Positions 9,372-20,000 of a stretch of 64,000 bases of DNA are shown one piece after another. This DNA comes from Nitrospirota bacterium (GTDB lineage Bacteria; Nitrospirota; UBA9217). The DNA lies in assembly GCA_963740085.1 (NCBI GenBank), contig CAVUCU010000003.1, positions 180,696 through 244,695 on the forward strand. The letters are read 5' to 3'. A model generated the notes under the pieces. That model had not been told where the DNA came from and did no database searches. It worked only from the letters and a program-made list of their open reading frames with translations. Position numbers and translations under genes: made by a program. The first letter of the stretch is position 1; each line of letters opens with the position of its first letter.

Positions 9372-10820
9372 ATGAAAGAACTGCTCAAACAGCTTCCGTC
9401 AGTGGATGATGTGTTGAAGGAAGACAGGACGAAACAGTGGATCGAATCGCATCCCCGCGTGCTCGTACTCGAAGCGATCAGGAGCGCGATCGACGCGAGA
9501 CGGACGGCAATTCTCCAGACCGCGGACAGCAAAACGACCCGAAAGATCGATGATGCGCTTTTTTCCATCGAAGGCGTCCTGAATCACGCAGAAATTATTC
9601 TCAAGGAGCTGTCCGAACCGAGCCTCAGGCCTGTCATCAACGCCACCGGGGTGATCGTTCATACCAACCTCGGCCGTTCCCTGCTGTCGGAGAAGGCCAT
9701 CCAGCGGGTTGTCGAGGTCAGCAGGAGCTATTCGAATCTCGAGTACGATATTCCTGCAGGCGAGCGCGGCAAACGGCATGTTCACGTCGAGGGCATCCTG
9801 AAGCGGCTGACGGGCGTCGAGTCCGCCACGGCCGTGAACAACAACGCGGCTGCCGTACTCCTCTGCCTGAACACCCTTGCCCGCGGCAAAGAGGTCGTCG
9901 TCTCGCGCGGAGAGCTCGTCGAGATCGGCGGGTCCTTCCGCGTTCCGGACGTAATGGAGCGGAGCGGCGCTGTCCTTCGCGAGGTGGGGACCACGAACAA
10001 GACCCATCTCAAGGATTACGAGAAGGCGATCAACGAAAAAACCGGCCTCCTGTTGAAAGTACACACGAGCAATTACAAAATTGTCGGGTTCACCAAAGAA
10101 GTCTTTCCCGAGGAGCTTGCGAAGCTCGGCAAGAAACGCAACGTGCCCGTGATGTGGGACCTGGGCAGCGGCAGCTTCGTGAACCTCAGTACGTACGGGG
10201 CAGGCGACGAACCCACGGTGCAGCAGGCTGTGAATTCCGGCGTGGACGTGCTCACCTTCAGCGGCGACAAGCTGTTGGGCGGGCCGCAGGCAGGCATGAT
10301 CCTCGGCAAAAAGGCATACATCGAACCGATCCGCTCCAATCCCCTTGCCCGCGCGCTTCGACTCGATAAAATGACCCTTGCGGCGCTCGACGCCACGCTC
10401 AGCCAGTATCTTGACATGAACCGGGCCATTCGTGAGATCCCCACGCTCTGGATGTTGACCCAGCCGCTTTCCGAGATCAGCCGCAAGGCCGAACTGCTGG
10501 CATCGGGCCTCAGGCAGATCGACAATGCCGGTCTTGCCGTATCGATCCAGGACGACACTTCCCAGAGCGGCGGCGGCGCCCTGCCCACGGGCAATTTCCC
10601 CACCAGGACGGTGTGTGTTCGGCATCCCCGGATGAGCGCGAACCAGATCGAATCCCGCCTGCGCACGGGCAAACCGCACATCATCTCGCGCATCAAGGAA
10701 GGGATGGTCATCTTCGACCCCCGAACGCTGAAGGATGAAGAGATCGGGAAGATCGTGGAAGCGGTGGGAGAAATAATGCTGGGGTCAGGGGTCAGTAGTC
10801 AGGAGAGCATTAGCCATTAG
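9372..10820 (+). CDS. selA: L-seryl-tRNA(Sec) selenium transferase (start codon uncertain)
   Basis: VINATGVIVHTNLGRS, VNNNAAAV, SRGELVEIGGSFR and the PLP-lysine motif FSGDKLLGGPQAG. Confidence 0.97.
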   Translation: MKELLKQLPSVDDVLKEDRTKQWIESHPRVLVLEAIRSAIDARRTAILQTADSKTTRKIDDALFSIEGVLNHAEIILKELSEPSLRPVINATGVIVHTNLGRSLLSEKAIQRVVEVSRSYSNLEYDIPAGERGKRHVHVEGILKRLTGVESATAVNNNAAAVLLCLNTLARGKEVVVSRGELVEIGGSFRVPDVMERSGAVLREVGTTNKTHLKDYEKAINEKTGLLLKVHTSNYKIVGFTKEVFPEELAKLGKKRNVPVMWDLGSGSFVNLSTYGAGDEPTVQQAVNSGVDVLTFSGDKLLGGPQAGMILGKKAYIEPIRSNPLARALRLDKMTLAALDATLSQYLDMNRAIREIPTLWMLTQPLSEISRKAELLASGLRQIDNAGLAVSIQDDTSQSGGGALPTGNFPTRTVCVRHPRMSANQIESRLRTGKPHIISRIKEGMVIFDPRTLKDEEIGKIVEAVGEIMLGSGVSSQESISH

Positions 10821-11001
10821 CCTCTGCTCATGTTTTCTTCTATCTATCATTGTCGGCCATTCTACTATTGTAACAAAAACTAAAACACTCAATCGTGTCA
10901 TTGCGGGCGACCAACGGGAGCGCAGTACTCGCTTCTCGAATCAGCCATACACAAAACGTGCTCAAAATCTACTGACCCCTGACCCCTGAACCCTGAACTC
11001 A

Positions 11002-12930
11002 ATGAAATACATCATCCTCGGCACTGCCGGACATATCGACCACGGGAAATCAAGCCTTGTCAAGGCCCTCACCGGCACGGACCCGGACCGCCTCAAGGAA
11101 GAGAAGGAACGCGGCATCACCCTTGACCTCGGGTTCGCGTCGCTGGACCTTCCGGGCGGCAACCGCCTCGGCATCGTGGACGTGCCCGGCCACGAAGGGC
11201 TCATCAAGAACATGCTCGCCGGCGTCGGCGGCATGGACATCGTGATGCTCGTGGTCGCCGCGGACGAAGGCATCATGCCCCAGACCCTCGAACATCTTGC
11301 CATCTGCGATCTCCTTCACGTGAAAAAGGGACTGATCGTCCTGACGAAGATGGATATGGTGGACAAGGACTGGCTCACGCTCGTGCAGGACGAGGTCCGC
11401 GATGTGGTCAAAGGCACGTTCCTCGAAAAATCCCCACTCGTTCCGGTCTCGTCCAAGACCGGCGAGAACCTGCCGCTCCTCATTCAGGAGCTTGGCAAAC
11501 TCGCCGCTGACGTGACTCCCAAGTCATCGAACGGCATCCTTCGTCTTCCCATCGACCGGGTCTTTACCATGAAGGGTTTCGGCACGGTCATCACCGGCAC
11601 CCTGCTATCCGGCACGATCAGTGCGGAACAGGAAGTCGAGGTCCTGCCGAAGGGAACCAGAACAAAAGTTCGCGGTCTCCAATCCCACAACCAGGCGGCC
11701 AAGCGCGCCGTGGCGGGTCAGCGTACTGCCGTGAACCTTCAGGGGATCGAGAAAGACCAGCTCTCCCGCGGAAACACCATCGTGAACCCCGGGTTCTTCA
11801 AGCCGACCAAGACCCTCGACGCAAAGCTCGACCTTCTCAAACAGGCGCCCCGCGGGCTCAAGACCGGCTCGCGTGTCCGGTTCTACAACAGCACGCAGGA
11901 GGCCATCGGCAGGATCACGCTCCTCGGGACGAACCAGCTCGCGCCGGGCGAGGAGGCCTTTGTACAGCTCCGGCTTGAACAACCCGTGATCGTCCAGCAT
12001 GGAGACCGGTATATCCTGCGTTTCTACTCTCCCATGGAAACCCTCGGCGGCGGCATGGTGCTGAATCCCCATACGCGGCGTCACAAGAATTCGACGATGA
12101 AGCAGTCCCTCGAGAACCTCGGCATTCTCGAAAAGGGAAAAGCCGAAGACCGGCTCGCGCTCTTGATATCCGGCAAAGGCCTTGCCGGGATGGAAGAGAC
12201 CGAGGCCGTCGGCGTCATCGCCGCTGACAAGCAGGAGACCACTTCGGCGCTCGCGTCCCTGTCGCAGAAAAAAACGGTCCTGCGGGTTGACAATCTCTAC
12301 GTGCACACCTCCCATCTTGCGACGCTCGAGAAAAAGACTCTTGATCTCATCAGGTCATTCCACAGGGACAATCCGCTCAAGGCCGGCCTGGACAAGGAAG
12401 AGCTCAAGGGCATGCTGCGCATGAGGATAAACCCGAAGGTCCTGAACATGACCATTGACGGCCTTGTAAAGAAGAAGGCCTTGGAGACCGAAGGCTCCAA
12501 GCTCAGGGTCCCGGGGTTCAAGGCAGCAGGCGGTAAGATCAATGACGAGGTCAAGGACAAGATCGTTGAAACCATCAAAAAAGGCGGCACCCAGCCGCCG
12601 GTCAGGGAGGAATTCCCCGCTCTTTTCAATATCTCGGACCGGGACGCCAGGGACCTGATGAAGCTGCTCGCTGATGAAGGCCGCACGGTCAGGATCACAG
12701 ACTCGCTCCATCTTGACAAAGAGGTGGTTGACAGGATCAGGACCGATCTCAAAAAGTATCTTGAGGTAAAGAAAGAGATCACCATGGGCGAGTTCCGCGA
12801 CCTCGCCAGGACCTCCCGTAAGTTCGCGGTCCCGATCATGGAATACTTCGATTCTCAGAAGCTGACGCAACGGGTGGGTGACAAGAGGGTGCTGACGGGG
12901 GTAAACTCTTTCCGGGTTACTTCCTATTAA
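11002..12930 (+). CDS. selB: Selenocysteine-specific elongation factor
   Basis: [30 protein letters not shown] and C-terminal winged helix [13 protein letters not shown]. Confidence 0.97.
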   Translation: MKYIILGTAGHIDHGKSSLVKALTGTDPDRLKEEKERGITLDLGFASLDLPGGNRLGIVDVPGHEGLIKNMLAGVGGMDIVMLVVAADEGIMPQTLEHLAICDLLHVKKGLIVLTKMDMVDKDWLTLVQDEVRDVVKGTFLEKSPLVPVSSKTGENLPLLIQELGKLAADVTPKSSNGILRLPIDRVFTMKGFGTVITGTLLSGTISAEQEVEVLPKGTRTKVRGLQSHNQAAKRAVAGQRTAVNLQGIEKDQLSRGNTIVNPGFFKPTKTLDAKLDLLKQAPRGLKTGSRVRFYNSTQEAIGRITLLGTNQLAPGEEAFVQLRLEQPVIVQHGDRYILRFYSPMETLGGGMVLNPHTRRHKNSTMKQSLENLGILEKGKAEDRLALLISGKGLAGMEETEAVGVIAADKQETTSALASLSQKKTVLRVDNLYVHTSHLATLEKKTLDLIRSFHRDNPLKAGLDKEELKGMLRMRINPKVLNMTIDGLVKKKALETEGSKLRVPGFKAAGGKINDEVKDKIVETIKKGGTQPPVREEFPALFNISDRDARDLMKLLADEGRTVRITDSLHLDKEVVDRIRTDLKKYLEVKKEITMGEFRDLARTSRKFAVPIMEYFDSQKLTQRVGDKRVLTGVNSFRVTSY

Positions 12931-13144
12931 GTGCTGCGAATGAGCGTTGCGCAAATATTCCACTTTCATCCTGAAAGCAGCACATTCTCATTCATACTGA
13001 AGGTAAAAGACCGATTCCATCGTGCATTCTTGCTGAAGATTCTGCCGGGCACGTCGGATACACAAACTCCCTCTTCTTTTTCCTCGAAATATTCTGTCGA
13101 GAAATATCTTGCGTGATTTCAACACTCCGCCGACCTGTCATTTA

Positions 13145-13330
13145 TCAGGCGGCCATTTTGAGTTTTTCGAGAACGGTCTTGAGCGCTGCCTCGTCCTGCT
13201 TCAGCTCATCCCTGTCATCCTGCCGCAGTCCCGATGCGATCAATTCCCTGATCTCCGGAATGGCGCTCTCCTCCAGTTCAGTGACCAGCAGGTCACGCTC
13301 CTTCTTTTCCAGGTTGACGACCATACTCAT
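13145..13330 (-). CDS. Small hypothetical protein
   Basis: 61 aa with a good SD (GAGGTG). Confidence 0.6.
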   Translation of the reverse strand: MSMVVNLEKKERDLLVTELEESAIPEIRELIASGLRQDDRDELKQDEAALKTVLEKLKMAA

Positions 13331-13468
13331 TCACCTCTTTTCCTCTTACAACAATATTATACCACTTTTGGAACTGCCAAAAACCCATCCACCACGTTGA
13401 CATCTCGGTGAATCAGTTATAAGATATGAATAGATAGATGTTACTGATCAGTTTGTAGGAGGTCAACT

Positions 13469-13774
13469 ATGAGAATGCTAATGCAAGCCAAGTTCCCACA
13501 CGCCAAGTTCAATGCGGCCGTCAAGGACGGCACGGTGGGACAGAAGATCAAGCGGATTCTCGATGAAATCAAACCCGAGGCAGCCTACTTCACGGAATAT
13601 GACGGTCATCGAGGTGCGGTCCTGATCGTGAATGTGGAGGATCCATCCAAGGTGCCGGCTCTCGCGGAGCCCTTATTTCTTGTCTTTGATGCCGATGTCC
13701 AGTTCCACGTCGTCATGAGTCCGGAGGAGCTTGGACGGGCCGGCCTTGAGGCCATCGCCAAGAAGTGGACTTAG
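13469..13774 (+). CDS. GYD/DUF3303-like small protein
   Basis: SD AGGAGG; KPEAAYF...GHRGA...PALAEP pattern; upstream TTGACA-17-TAAGAT from 13397. Confidence 0.7.
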   Translation: MRMLMQAKFPHAKFNAAVKDGTVGQKIKRILDEIKPEAAYFTEYDGHRGAVLIVNVEDPSKVPALAEPLFLVFDADVQFHVVMSPEELGRAGLEAIAKKWT

Positions 13775-14023
13775 CAACCGGCTGACCGGCGGCCGCACCC
13801 GACGGCGGCCGCGTCGCGAGCAATCTGATTTACCGCGATTGCGAGGCCGACGCGGGTGCACCGCATGTCATAATGGTTCACTCCAAGCTTATTCCATCGA
13901 TCGAAACCCGCAGAGTTCAAGGTGAAATCAATACCTCAGATACAATCCACCCTGCATGCCGCCTTCCCCTTTTCCGGTCAGACATCCCGGTGATATACTG
14001 TATCAGTAGACAGCAATAAGGCC

Positions 14024-15298
14024 ATGATGGATACATCCATTACAAAAACGCTCTTCCGTTCCCTGCGCCATCGAAACTTCCGTTTGTTCTGGTCCGGCCA
14101 GCTTGTGTCCCTCATCGGCACCTGGATGCAGAACGTAGCTCAGGCGTGGCTGGTGCTGGAGTTGACCCATTCATCACTGAAGCTCGGCATTGTTTCCGCG
14201 CTCCAGTTTCTGCCCATGCTTTTCCTCTCGCTCTTCACCGGACCGTTCATCGATTACTTCGACAAACGGAAGATCATCATCGGGACCCAGGCCGCGCTTA
14301 TGACCCTGGCCTTCGCGCTGTCGATCCTGGTCTGGACAGGGACCGTGCAGTACTGGCATGTGGTGGTCCTCGCCACGCTGCTCGGCATCGTGAACACGAT
14401 CGACATGCCTGCCAGGCAGGCGTTCATCATCGACCTGGTGGGGAAGGAAGACCTCATGAACGCCATCGCGCTGAACTCGTCCGTCTTTAATTCCGCCAGG
14501 GCGGTCGGGCCGGCGCTTGCGGGTTTGCTGATCACCGCCGCCGGAACCGCTGCCTGTTTTTTCGTGAATGGTTTGAGTTTTCTCGCTGTCCTGGCGAGCC
14601 TTTTGTTCATGAACATCGAGTCCGCCTCGCGCAGGGCGAAGCCCGTCTATAACGTACTGCTGGACATGAGGGAGGCCATCGGTTACGTTCGGGCAACTCC
14701 CGCGGTCCTTACTACGATCCTTCTGGTCTCGGTGGTCAGCATCTTCGGGACGAATTTTAATGTGCTCGTCCCGGTGTTCGCAAAAATGGAACTGAACCGT
14801 GATGCAGCGGCCTTCGGCCTGCTCATGTCCTCATTCGGCGCGGGCGCGTTGATCGGGTCGGTATCGCTTGCAATATTGAGCCAATGGGGTCCAAGACAGT
14901 CCCTTCTGCTCGGCGGCGGTATGGGGCTTTCGCTGTTCCTGATGCTTATCGGTCTGCAGAGATCATTCGCCCTGACCGCCGTCCTGCTCGCCCTTGCGGG
15001 CCTATCCATGATCATCTTCTTCGGCATGGCCAATACCACGGTCCAGCTGAATACCGAAGATCGCTTGCGCGGCCGTGTTATGAGCCTTTACATTCTGTCC
15101 TTCGGCGGGCTGACGCCTTTCGGCAGCATGTTCGCCGGTGCGGTCGCCCACTGGATCAAAGCGCCCCTCACCTTCGCCCTGGGCGGACTGCTTTGCGGGG
15201 CCGTTTTTCTTGTCGTCATCGTGAAGCGCAGGTCTCACCGCGGAGGCGCGGAGACACCGGGAACTGACCTCGAGAAAGAAAATAAAGGTTTACGGTAG
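14024..15298 (+). CDS. MFS transporter (MFS_3-like)
   Basis: RHRNFRLFWSGQLVSLIGTWMQ, about 12 TM helices, LRGRVMSLY. Confidence 0.92.
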   Translation: MMDTSITKTLFRSLRHRNFRLFWSGQLVSLIGTWMQNVAQAWLVLELTHSSLKLGIVSALQFLPMLFLSLFTGPFIDYFDKRKIIIGTQAALMTLAFALSILVWTGTVQYWHVVVLATLLGIVNTIDMPARQAFIIDLVGKEDLMNAIALNSSVFNSARAVGPALAGLLITAAGTAACFFVNGLSFLAVLASLLFMNIESASRRAKPVYNVLLDMREAIGYVRATPAVLTTILLVSVVSIFGTNFNVLVPVFAKMELNRDAAAFGLLMSSFGAGALIGSVSLAILSQWGPRQSLLLGGGMGLSLFLMLIGLQRSFALTAVLLALAGLSMIIFFGMANTTVQLNTEDRLRGRVMSLYILSFGGLTPFGSMFAGAVAHWIKAPLTFALGGLLCGAVFLVVIVKRRSHRGGAETPGTDLEKENKGLR

Positions 15299-15428
15299 TT
15301 TTATTCCGGATACATTAAAATAAAACTCTCAATTTTCCCGTACTTTCTCCGTGCCGCCGCATCTCCGCGGTCATCCATCGGCTTTCAACTTTTTTTACGA
15401 ATGAACCGGAATATGATATGATACTGTC

Positions 15429-17417
15429 ATGCAGAATCAGGAAATAACCATACTGCGAGAGCTGATCATCATTCTCGCCGTCTCGCTTCCCATCACCTAC
15501 ATCTTTCATCGGGCAAAACTGCCGGCGCTCGTGGGATTCCTGATCACCGGCGTGCTTATCGGTCCTTACGGCGCCGCCATTATAACCGAGACCCGCGTCG
15601 TTGAACGGCTCGCTGACATTGGCGTCGTTCTGCTCCTGTTTACCATCGGACTCGAGTTCTCGATCGCCGACATCATGAGATCGGGCCGCCAGTTCCTGAT
15701 CGGCGGCGGCACCCAGGTGCTGTTGACCATTGCCGCGGTCGCCGGCATCGCGCTCCTGCTCCACTATCCCCTGCCGCAGGCCGTGTTCTTCGGCTTTCTG
15801 GCGTCTCTCAGCAGCACCGCGATCGTGCTCAAGATGTATTCCGACCGTTCTGAGCTCGAGACGACCCATGGCAGGCTCGCGACGGGCATTTTGCTGTTTC
15901 AGGACATTGCCGTTGTGCCGATGATGCTCATGCTGCCGGTACTAGGAGAGGCGAGCGCGGCAGGCGAGGTCACCGTGCTGTCCGTACTCGTGTCTCTCGG
16001 CGAGGCTGTGCTCGGCCTTGTCGGTGTCTATTTTGCGGCGCGCCAGGTCGTGCCGTTCCTGCTCCACCAGGTGATACGGCTCAAGAACCGTGAGATGTTC
16101 TTTCTGCTCGTCGTCCTGCTCTGCCTCGGAGCTGCATGGATCACGTATAGCCTCGGTCTGTCGCTCGCCCTCGGCGCCTTCCTTGCGGGGCTTATCATCT
16201 CTGAATCGGAGTACAGCCATCACATCGTTGCCGAAATCTTGCCGTTCCGCGATTACTTTGCGAGCATCTTCTTCATCTCCATCGGCATGCTGCTGCAGAC
16301 GGACTATTTTATGGCCCACTGGGTCCTTCTCGTTATCATTGCGCTTCTCCTTGTACTTTTGAAATCCGGGCTGGTGGCCGCGACCTCAACCCTGCTGCGT
16401 TATCCGGTCCGGAGTTCCCTGCTCGCGGGACTCGGCCTGGCGCAGATAGGTGAATTTTCATTTCTCCTGGCTCAGCAGGGCCAGATAAGCGGCCTGATGG
16501 GTCACGACATTTTCCAGGTGTTCATCAACGCCTCCATCCTGAGCATGCTCGCCACTCCCTTCTTCATCCAGGCAGGCCCGTGGATCACGGGCCTGCTGCC
16601 GAACATGACCCCTGAACAGAGTGAAAAAAGCTATGTGTGCTCACTCACCGGGCATACGATCATCGCGGGATACGGCTTGAACGGCAGGAACCTGGCCAAG
16701 ACGCTCAAGGCCACTCACCTCCCCTATGTAGTGTTGGAAGTGAACGCCGATACCATACGGAAGGCGCGTGACGAGGGTGAGTCCATCATCTACGGCGATA
16801 TCACGAGAAGGGACGTACTGCTGCGGGCGGGCACTGACTGCGCCAAGGTGATCGTGTTCGCCGTATCGGATTATGCCGCGACACGGATCGCCGTGCGCAC
16901 GGTGCGTGAGCTCAACCCCGCCATATTCATTCTCATCCGCACGCGGTACGCGGCTGACGTCGACGAGCTCTACAAGGCCGGTGCAGATCAGGTGATACCC
17001 GAGGAGTTCGAAACGTCGATCGAGATCTTTTCGCGCGTGCTCCATGAATATCATGTCCCGAACAACGTCATCGCGAACCAGATCCAGCTCGTGCGGTTCG
17101 GGGGGTACAAGATGCTGCGCGGGTATTCACTGGACCAGGAGAACCTCGGCCGCATTGCGGCGCTCTTCGCCGATGCGACCGTGGACCATATCCAGCTTGA
17201 GTCAGATTCCCCCACGGTGGGCAGAACGCTCCGGGAGCTTGATCTCCGGAAGAATACCGGCGCTTCGGTCATTGCCATCGCGCGGAACGGTGAGGCGAAT
17301 ACGAACCCGGGGCCCGACTTCATGTTGCAGCCCGATGATATTGTCGTGCTCATAGGCGGGCACAGGGAACTTGACGAGGCGATGAGCCTGTTGACAAAGA
17401 ATAAAGCGAAGCAGTGA
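15429..17417 (+). CDS. CPA2 (KefB/KefC-like) cation:proton antiporter with TrkA-N and TrkA-C domains
   Basis: LSSTAIV, GILLFQD, LAQIGEFSF, IIAGYGLNG Rossmann motif, C-terminal RCK-C domain. Confidence 0.92.
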   Translation: MQNQEITILRELIIILAVSLPITYIFHRAKLPALVGFLITGVLIGPYGAAIITETRVVERLADIGVVLLLFTIGLEFSIADIMRSGRQFLIGGGTQVLLTIAAVAGIALLLHYPLPQAVFFGFLASLSSTAIVLKMYSDRSELETTHGRLATGILLFQDIAVVPMMLMLPVLGEASAAGEVTVLSVLVSLGEAVLGLVGVYFAARQVVPFLLHQVIRLKNREMFFLLVVLLCLGAAWITYSLGLSLALGAFLAGLIISESEYSHHIVAEILPFRDYFASIFFISIGMLLQTDYFMAHWVLLVIIALLLVLLKSGLVAATSTLLRYPVRSSLLAGLGLAQIGEFSFLLAQQGQISGLMGHDIFQVFINASILSMLATPFFIQAGPWITGLLPNMTPEQSEKSYVCSLTGHTIIAGYGLNGRNLAKTLKATHLPYVVLEVNADTIRKARDEGESIIYGDITRRDVLLRAGTDCAKVIVFAVSDYAATRIAVRTVRELNPAIFILIRTRYAADVDELYKAGADQVIPEEFETSIEIFSRVLHEYHVPNNVIANQIQLVRFGGYKMLRGYSLDQENLGRIAALFADATVDHIQLESDSPTVGRTLRELDLRKNTGASVIAIARNGEANTNPGPDFMLQPDDIVVLIGGHRELDEAMSLLTKNKAKQ

Positions 17418-17679
17418 AATAACGTGCGGCGTTCTTTTCCTCAGGCCCGGCTTCTCATCTTCCCTCTCTTTAATGAGGATAAGCTGGGACTATAAACAAA
17501 TGCAATTTACCACGGATGCGCACTAGACAAAAGGCGAGAAAAGAATTCAAGATTTAGTCCTTTAATCAGCGTCAATCCGTGTTAATCCGTGACAAGATCG
17601 TTGTTGAGATCTTCTTGCCATTTTGAGAAGAAGTCATAAGTTACTAACATCCTTCACACCTGTCTCTGCCAAATTTATA

Positions 17680-17708
17680 TTGCCATCAAGGAAAGTCTCA
17701 AGTATAAT
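17680..17708 (+). promoter_or_regulatory. Sigma70 promoter of selC
   Basis: TTGCCA-17 bp-TATAAT, 16 bp upstream of the tRNA. Confidence 0.75.
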
Positions 17709-17724
17709 CACGAAGCTTACAAAG

Positions 17725-17823
17725 GGGAGAGGATGCCGATCTGGTGACGGCCCCGGACTTCAAATCCGCTGTTTCCTGGCTTTGGTCAGGAAAGGTGAGT
17801 TCGATTCTCATGCTCTCCCGCCA
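17725..17823 (+). tRNA. selC: tRNA-Sec (anticodon TCA)
   Basis: CTTCAAA anticodon loop, long variable arm TTTCCTGGC/GTCAGGAAA, T-loop TTCGATT, G discriminator plus encoded CCA; selA and selB nearby. Confidence 0.95.
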
Positions 17824-17886
17824 ATTTATTCAAGGGTTTATGTAGGCAAGTAGTCATACGGTAGCAGATAATAAATAAGTTAGCTG

Positions 17887-18960
17887 TCAAATTGTGCCCG
17901 AAATTGTGCCTATTTGTGCCCGGTCAGTATTTTCTTTCGACTCTTCATGATATCTATAGACCTTTTCTGATGCATTCTTCAAGTCAGCCTCGTTCACGAT
18001 GTTATAGCGATCAAAAACTGATCGTGTTTTGTGGCCTGAGATGCTCATCGCCACTTTCTCGGGGATGCCTGCTCTGACCATGTTTCTTACGGCCGTTCTC
18101 CTGAGATCGTGAAATAGTTTCCCCCCAAGCCCTACTTTTTCACATGCAATGTCCCATGATGTTCCAAAATCTATTAGCTGCTTCCCTTGTCTAAATAAAA
18201 CATACGGGCATTGCGGGTATTGTCGATCCCGAAGCTCTTTTCGATACATAATGGTTTCGTACAAACTACCAAAGAGATAGATGACTCTTGCATCATCGTT
18301 CTTCGTCATGCCAGCTTCGAGAAGTATCTTGCCTTCGACAAGATTCACCTGGGACCACTTTAGGCTGAGAATCTCCCCCTTCCGCAGTCCGGTAAAGTAT
18401 CCGATATCCAATACCGGCCTCAGATGTTCAGGCAATGCATCCCTGAGTCGCAAGTACTCTGCTTTATCAAAGTAGCCTGTTCTTACATTGTTTTCTTTCA
18501 GTTTTGGAATATAGGGGACTTGAATGACCTTAGGTGGAGTATTTCGTGTTCCGAGGGTGAACATCCTCTTTAGCGCTGAAAGCTCACGATTGATAGTCCC
18601 GTTTGTCGCCTCGGATTCCTTCCTCGCAACAATATATTCTTTAATACGGGCAGTTGATATCTCGCATACTTTCAATGAATCGAAATACTCTTTCAGATGG
18701 TCAATGCTCAGGACAGCCCTGTCCAATGTCTTCCTAGCATTCATCATGTAATCGGTGACTAGATCCTGTGCAAGCTCATTGAAAAGAATCTTTTCAACCC
18801 TCAGTCCAACGAATTTTCCCTCCGCTATATGCCCCTCGCGAAGCTTGAGTAGCTTCTTAGCATCGGACTCTTTATTAGATTTGGTACTTTCACGGAACGG
18901 CTTTCCGTTTCGGTAATACTTAATCCAATAGGTCTTACCACGAAGATAAATCGTGCCCAT
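17887..18960 (-). CDS. Tyrosine recombinase/integrase
   Basis: TGLRKGE, FHDLRRT, SGHKT and RY catalytic residues; N-terminal arm-binding domain. Confidence 0.95.
   Translation of the reverse strand: MGTIYLRGKTYWIKYYRNGKPFRESTKSNKESDAKKLLKLREGHIAEGKFVGLRVEKILFNELAQDLVTDYMMNARKTLDRAVLSIDHLKEYFDSLKVCEISTARIKEYIVARKESEATNGTINRELSALKRMFTLGTRNTPPKVIQVPYIPKLKENNVRTGYFDKAEYLRLRDALPEHLRPVLDIGYFTGLRKGEILSLKWSQVNLVEGKILLEAGMTKNDDARVIYLFGSLYETIMYRKELRDRQYPQCPYVLFRQGKQLIDFGTSWDIACEKVGLGGKLFHDLRRTAVRNMVRAGIPEKVAMSISGHKTRSVFDRYNIVNEADLKNASEKVYRYHEESKENTDRAQIGTISGTI
17892..17921. repeat. Three direct TTGTGCC repeats, putative integrase arm-type sites
   Basis: ttgtgccc at 17892, ttgtgcct at 17904 and ttgtgccc at 17914, near the att core. 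Confidence 0.6.
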
Positions 18961-18978
18961 TCCTTTTCACCTCCTTTC

Positions 18979-19188
18979 TCATTTTTGTTTTCGCTCCTTT
19001 TGCTGCTTTTTAAACCCACCCCCTTTCATCGCCACTCGCTCCAGGGCTATGTGCAAGAATGGCGGTATTTCCCTGACACCGCGCTCCCACCTGCTGACCG
19101 TCGATACATCAACGGACAGAATATCCGCAAGTTGATTCTGGCTGAAGCCGTTCTTCGTTCTCCAAGAACGTAACTGTACTGATGTCAT
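18979..19188 (-). CDS. XRE-family HTH regulator
   Basis: SQNQLADILSVDVSTVSRWERG. Confidence 0.85.
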   Translation of the reverse strand: MTSVQLRSWRTKNGFSQNQLADILSVDVSTVSRWERGVREIPPFLHIALERVAMKGGGFKKQQKERKQK

Positions 19189-19194
19189 TTTGAT

Positions 19195-19223
19195 ATTATG
19201 GGCCATTGGCCTATCAATGTCAA
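19195..19223 (-). promoter_or_regulatory. Sigma70 promoter with internal palindrome, driving HTH-integrase
   Basis: TTGACA-17-CATAAT; GGCCA-A-TGGCC in the spacer; ATG follows 6 nt after the -10. Confidence 0.7.
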
Positions 19224-19244
19224 GTTTTTTATATTCAGTCTATT

Positions 19245-19460
19245 TCAGTCTATAGACTGAGTCTTGTTTTTTTCGATCCAAGCCTCCATATCTTTGATGT
19301 CCAGTAATATTCTCTTTCCGTCTTTGACATAGGCTATCTTACCTGCCCAAAGCATTTCGCGTAAGGCACAAACAGTCCTGCCAAGATAAACGGAAGCCTC
19401 GTTAATGTTAAAAAGTCTTTTTTCATTTAGAATATGTACGTGCTTATCCTTTGATTTCAT
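19245..19460 (-). CDS. Excisionase-like HTH_17 protein
   Basis: RLFNINEASVYLG...GKRILLDIKDMEAWI, next to the integrase. Confidence 0.8.
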   Translation of the reverse strand: MKSKDKHVHILNEKRLFNINEASVYLGRTVCALREMLWAGKIAYVKDGKRILLDIKDMEAWIEKNKTQSID

Positions 19461-19944
19461 ATCTGTTCAATTACTTTTTATTCTGTTTTCCTTTAATAAG
19501 AAATAAGCCTGTATTACGCTTTTTTAACGAATTATGGATTATCCAGGAATACGACAATCTTTTGATATTTATTCTTTGCATGATAACAGCCCACCGCCTC
19601 CCAGGTGTAACCATAGTCCCTGATACATCGAGAAAGAATCCAAGCTCCGACTTACGTGCATTGACAGGGATCGCTGAGAGACGCCCATGCAGTTTCTCCT
19701 ATCTCGCTCGCCCATGATGAGTTTATCTGCATATGGCAGTAATCATAGGAGCCATTACGATTAAAGTTGAGCGCGTAAGGATTGAACCGAGACTCTTCCT
19801 TCGATATCGCCCACAGGAGTGCAGGGGCAATACCGTATCGGTTCCCCGATTGTTCAAAGCAGTAATCTTGTGAAACTACGCAATATGAGGAGACCCAAAT
19901 ACCAAGATGACGGCAAAGCATACTAAGAATGATAGTTTCCTCAT
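19460..19944 (-). CDS. Lytic transglycosylase (SLT), frameshifted; 3' end approximate
   Basis: LLWAISKEESRFNP and MQINS; VGAWIL and WEAVGCYH continue in another frame. Confidence 0.85.
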
Positions 19945-20000
19945 GGATTTGCGTTTCCGCTCATGATAATGAGATCTCCTGAGCAAATATATTTCGTAGT

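Noticed and set aside
10895-10935. GTCATTGCG... REP-like sequence
   Set aside because: Single degenerate copy with no partner arm; too weak to call.
9399-12969. Long minus-strand ORFs (426, 236, 204 aa)
   Set aside because: Antisense shadows of selA and selB in GC-rich DNA.
17887-19944. Prophage interpretation of integrase, xis and lytic enzyme
   Set aside because: No capsid, terminase or tail genes; the transglycosylase fits the conjugation cluster.
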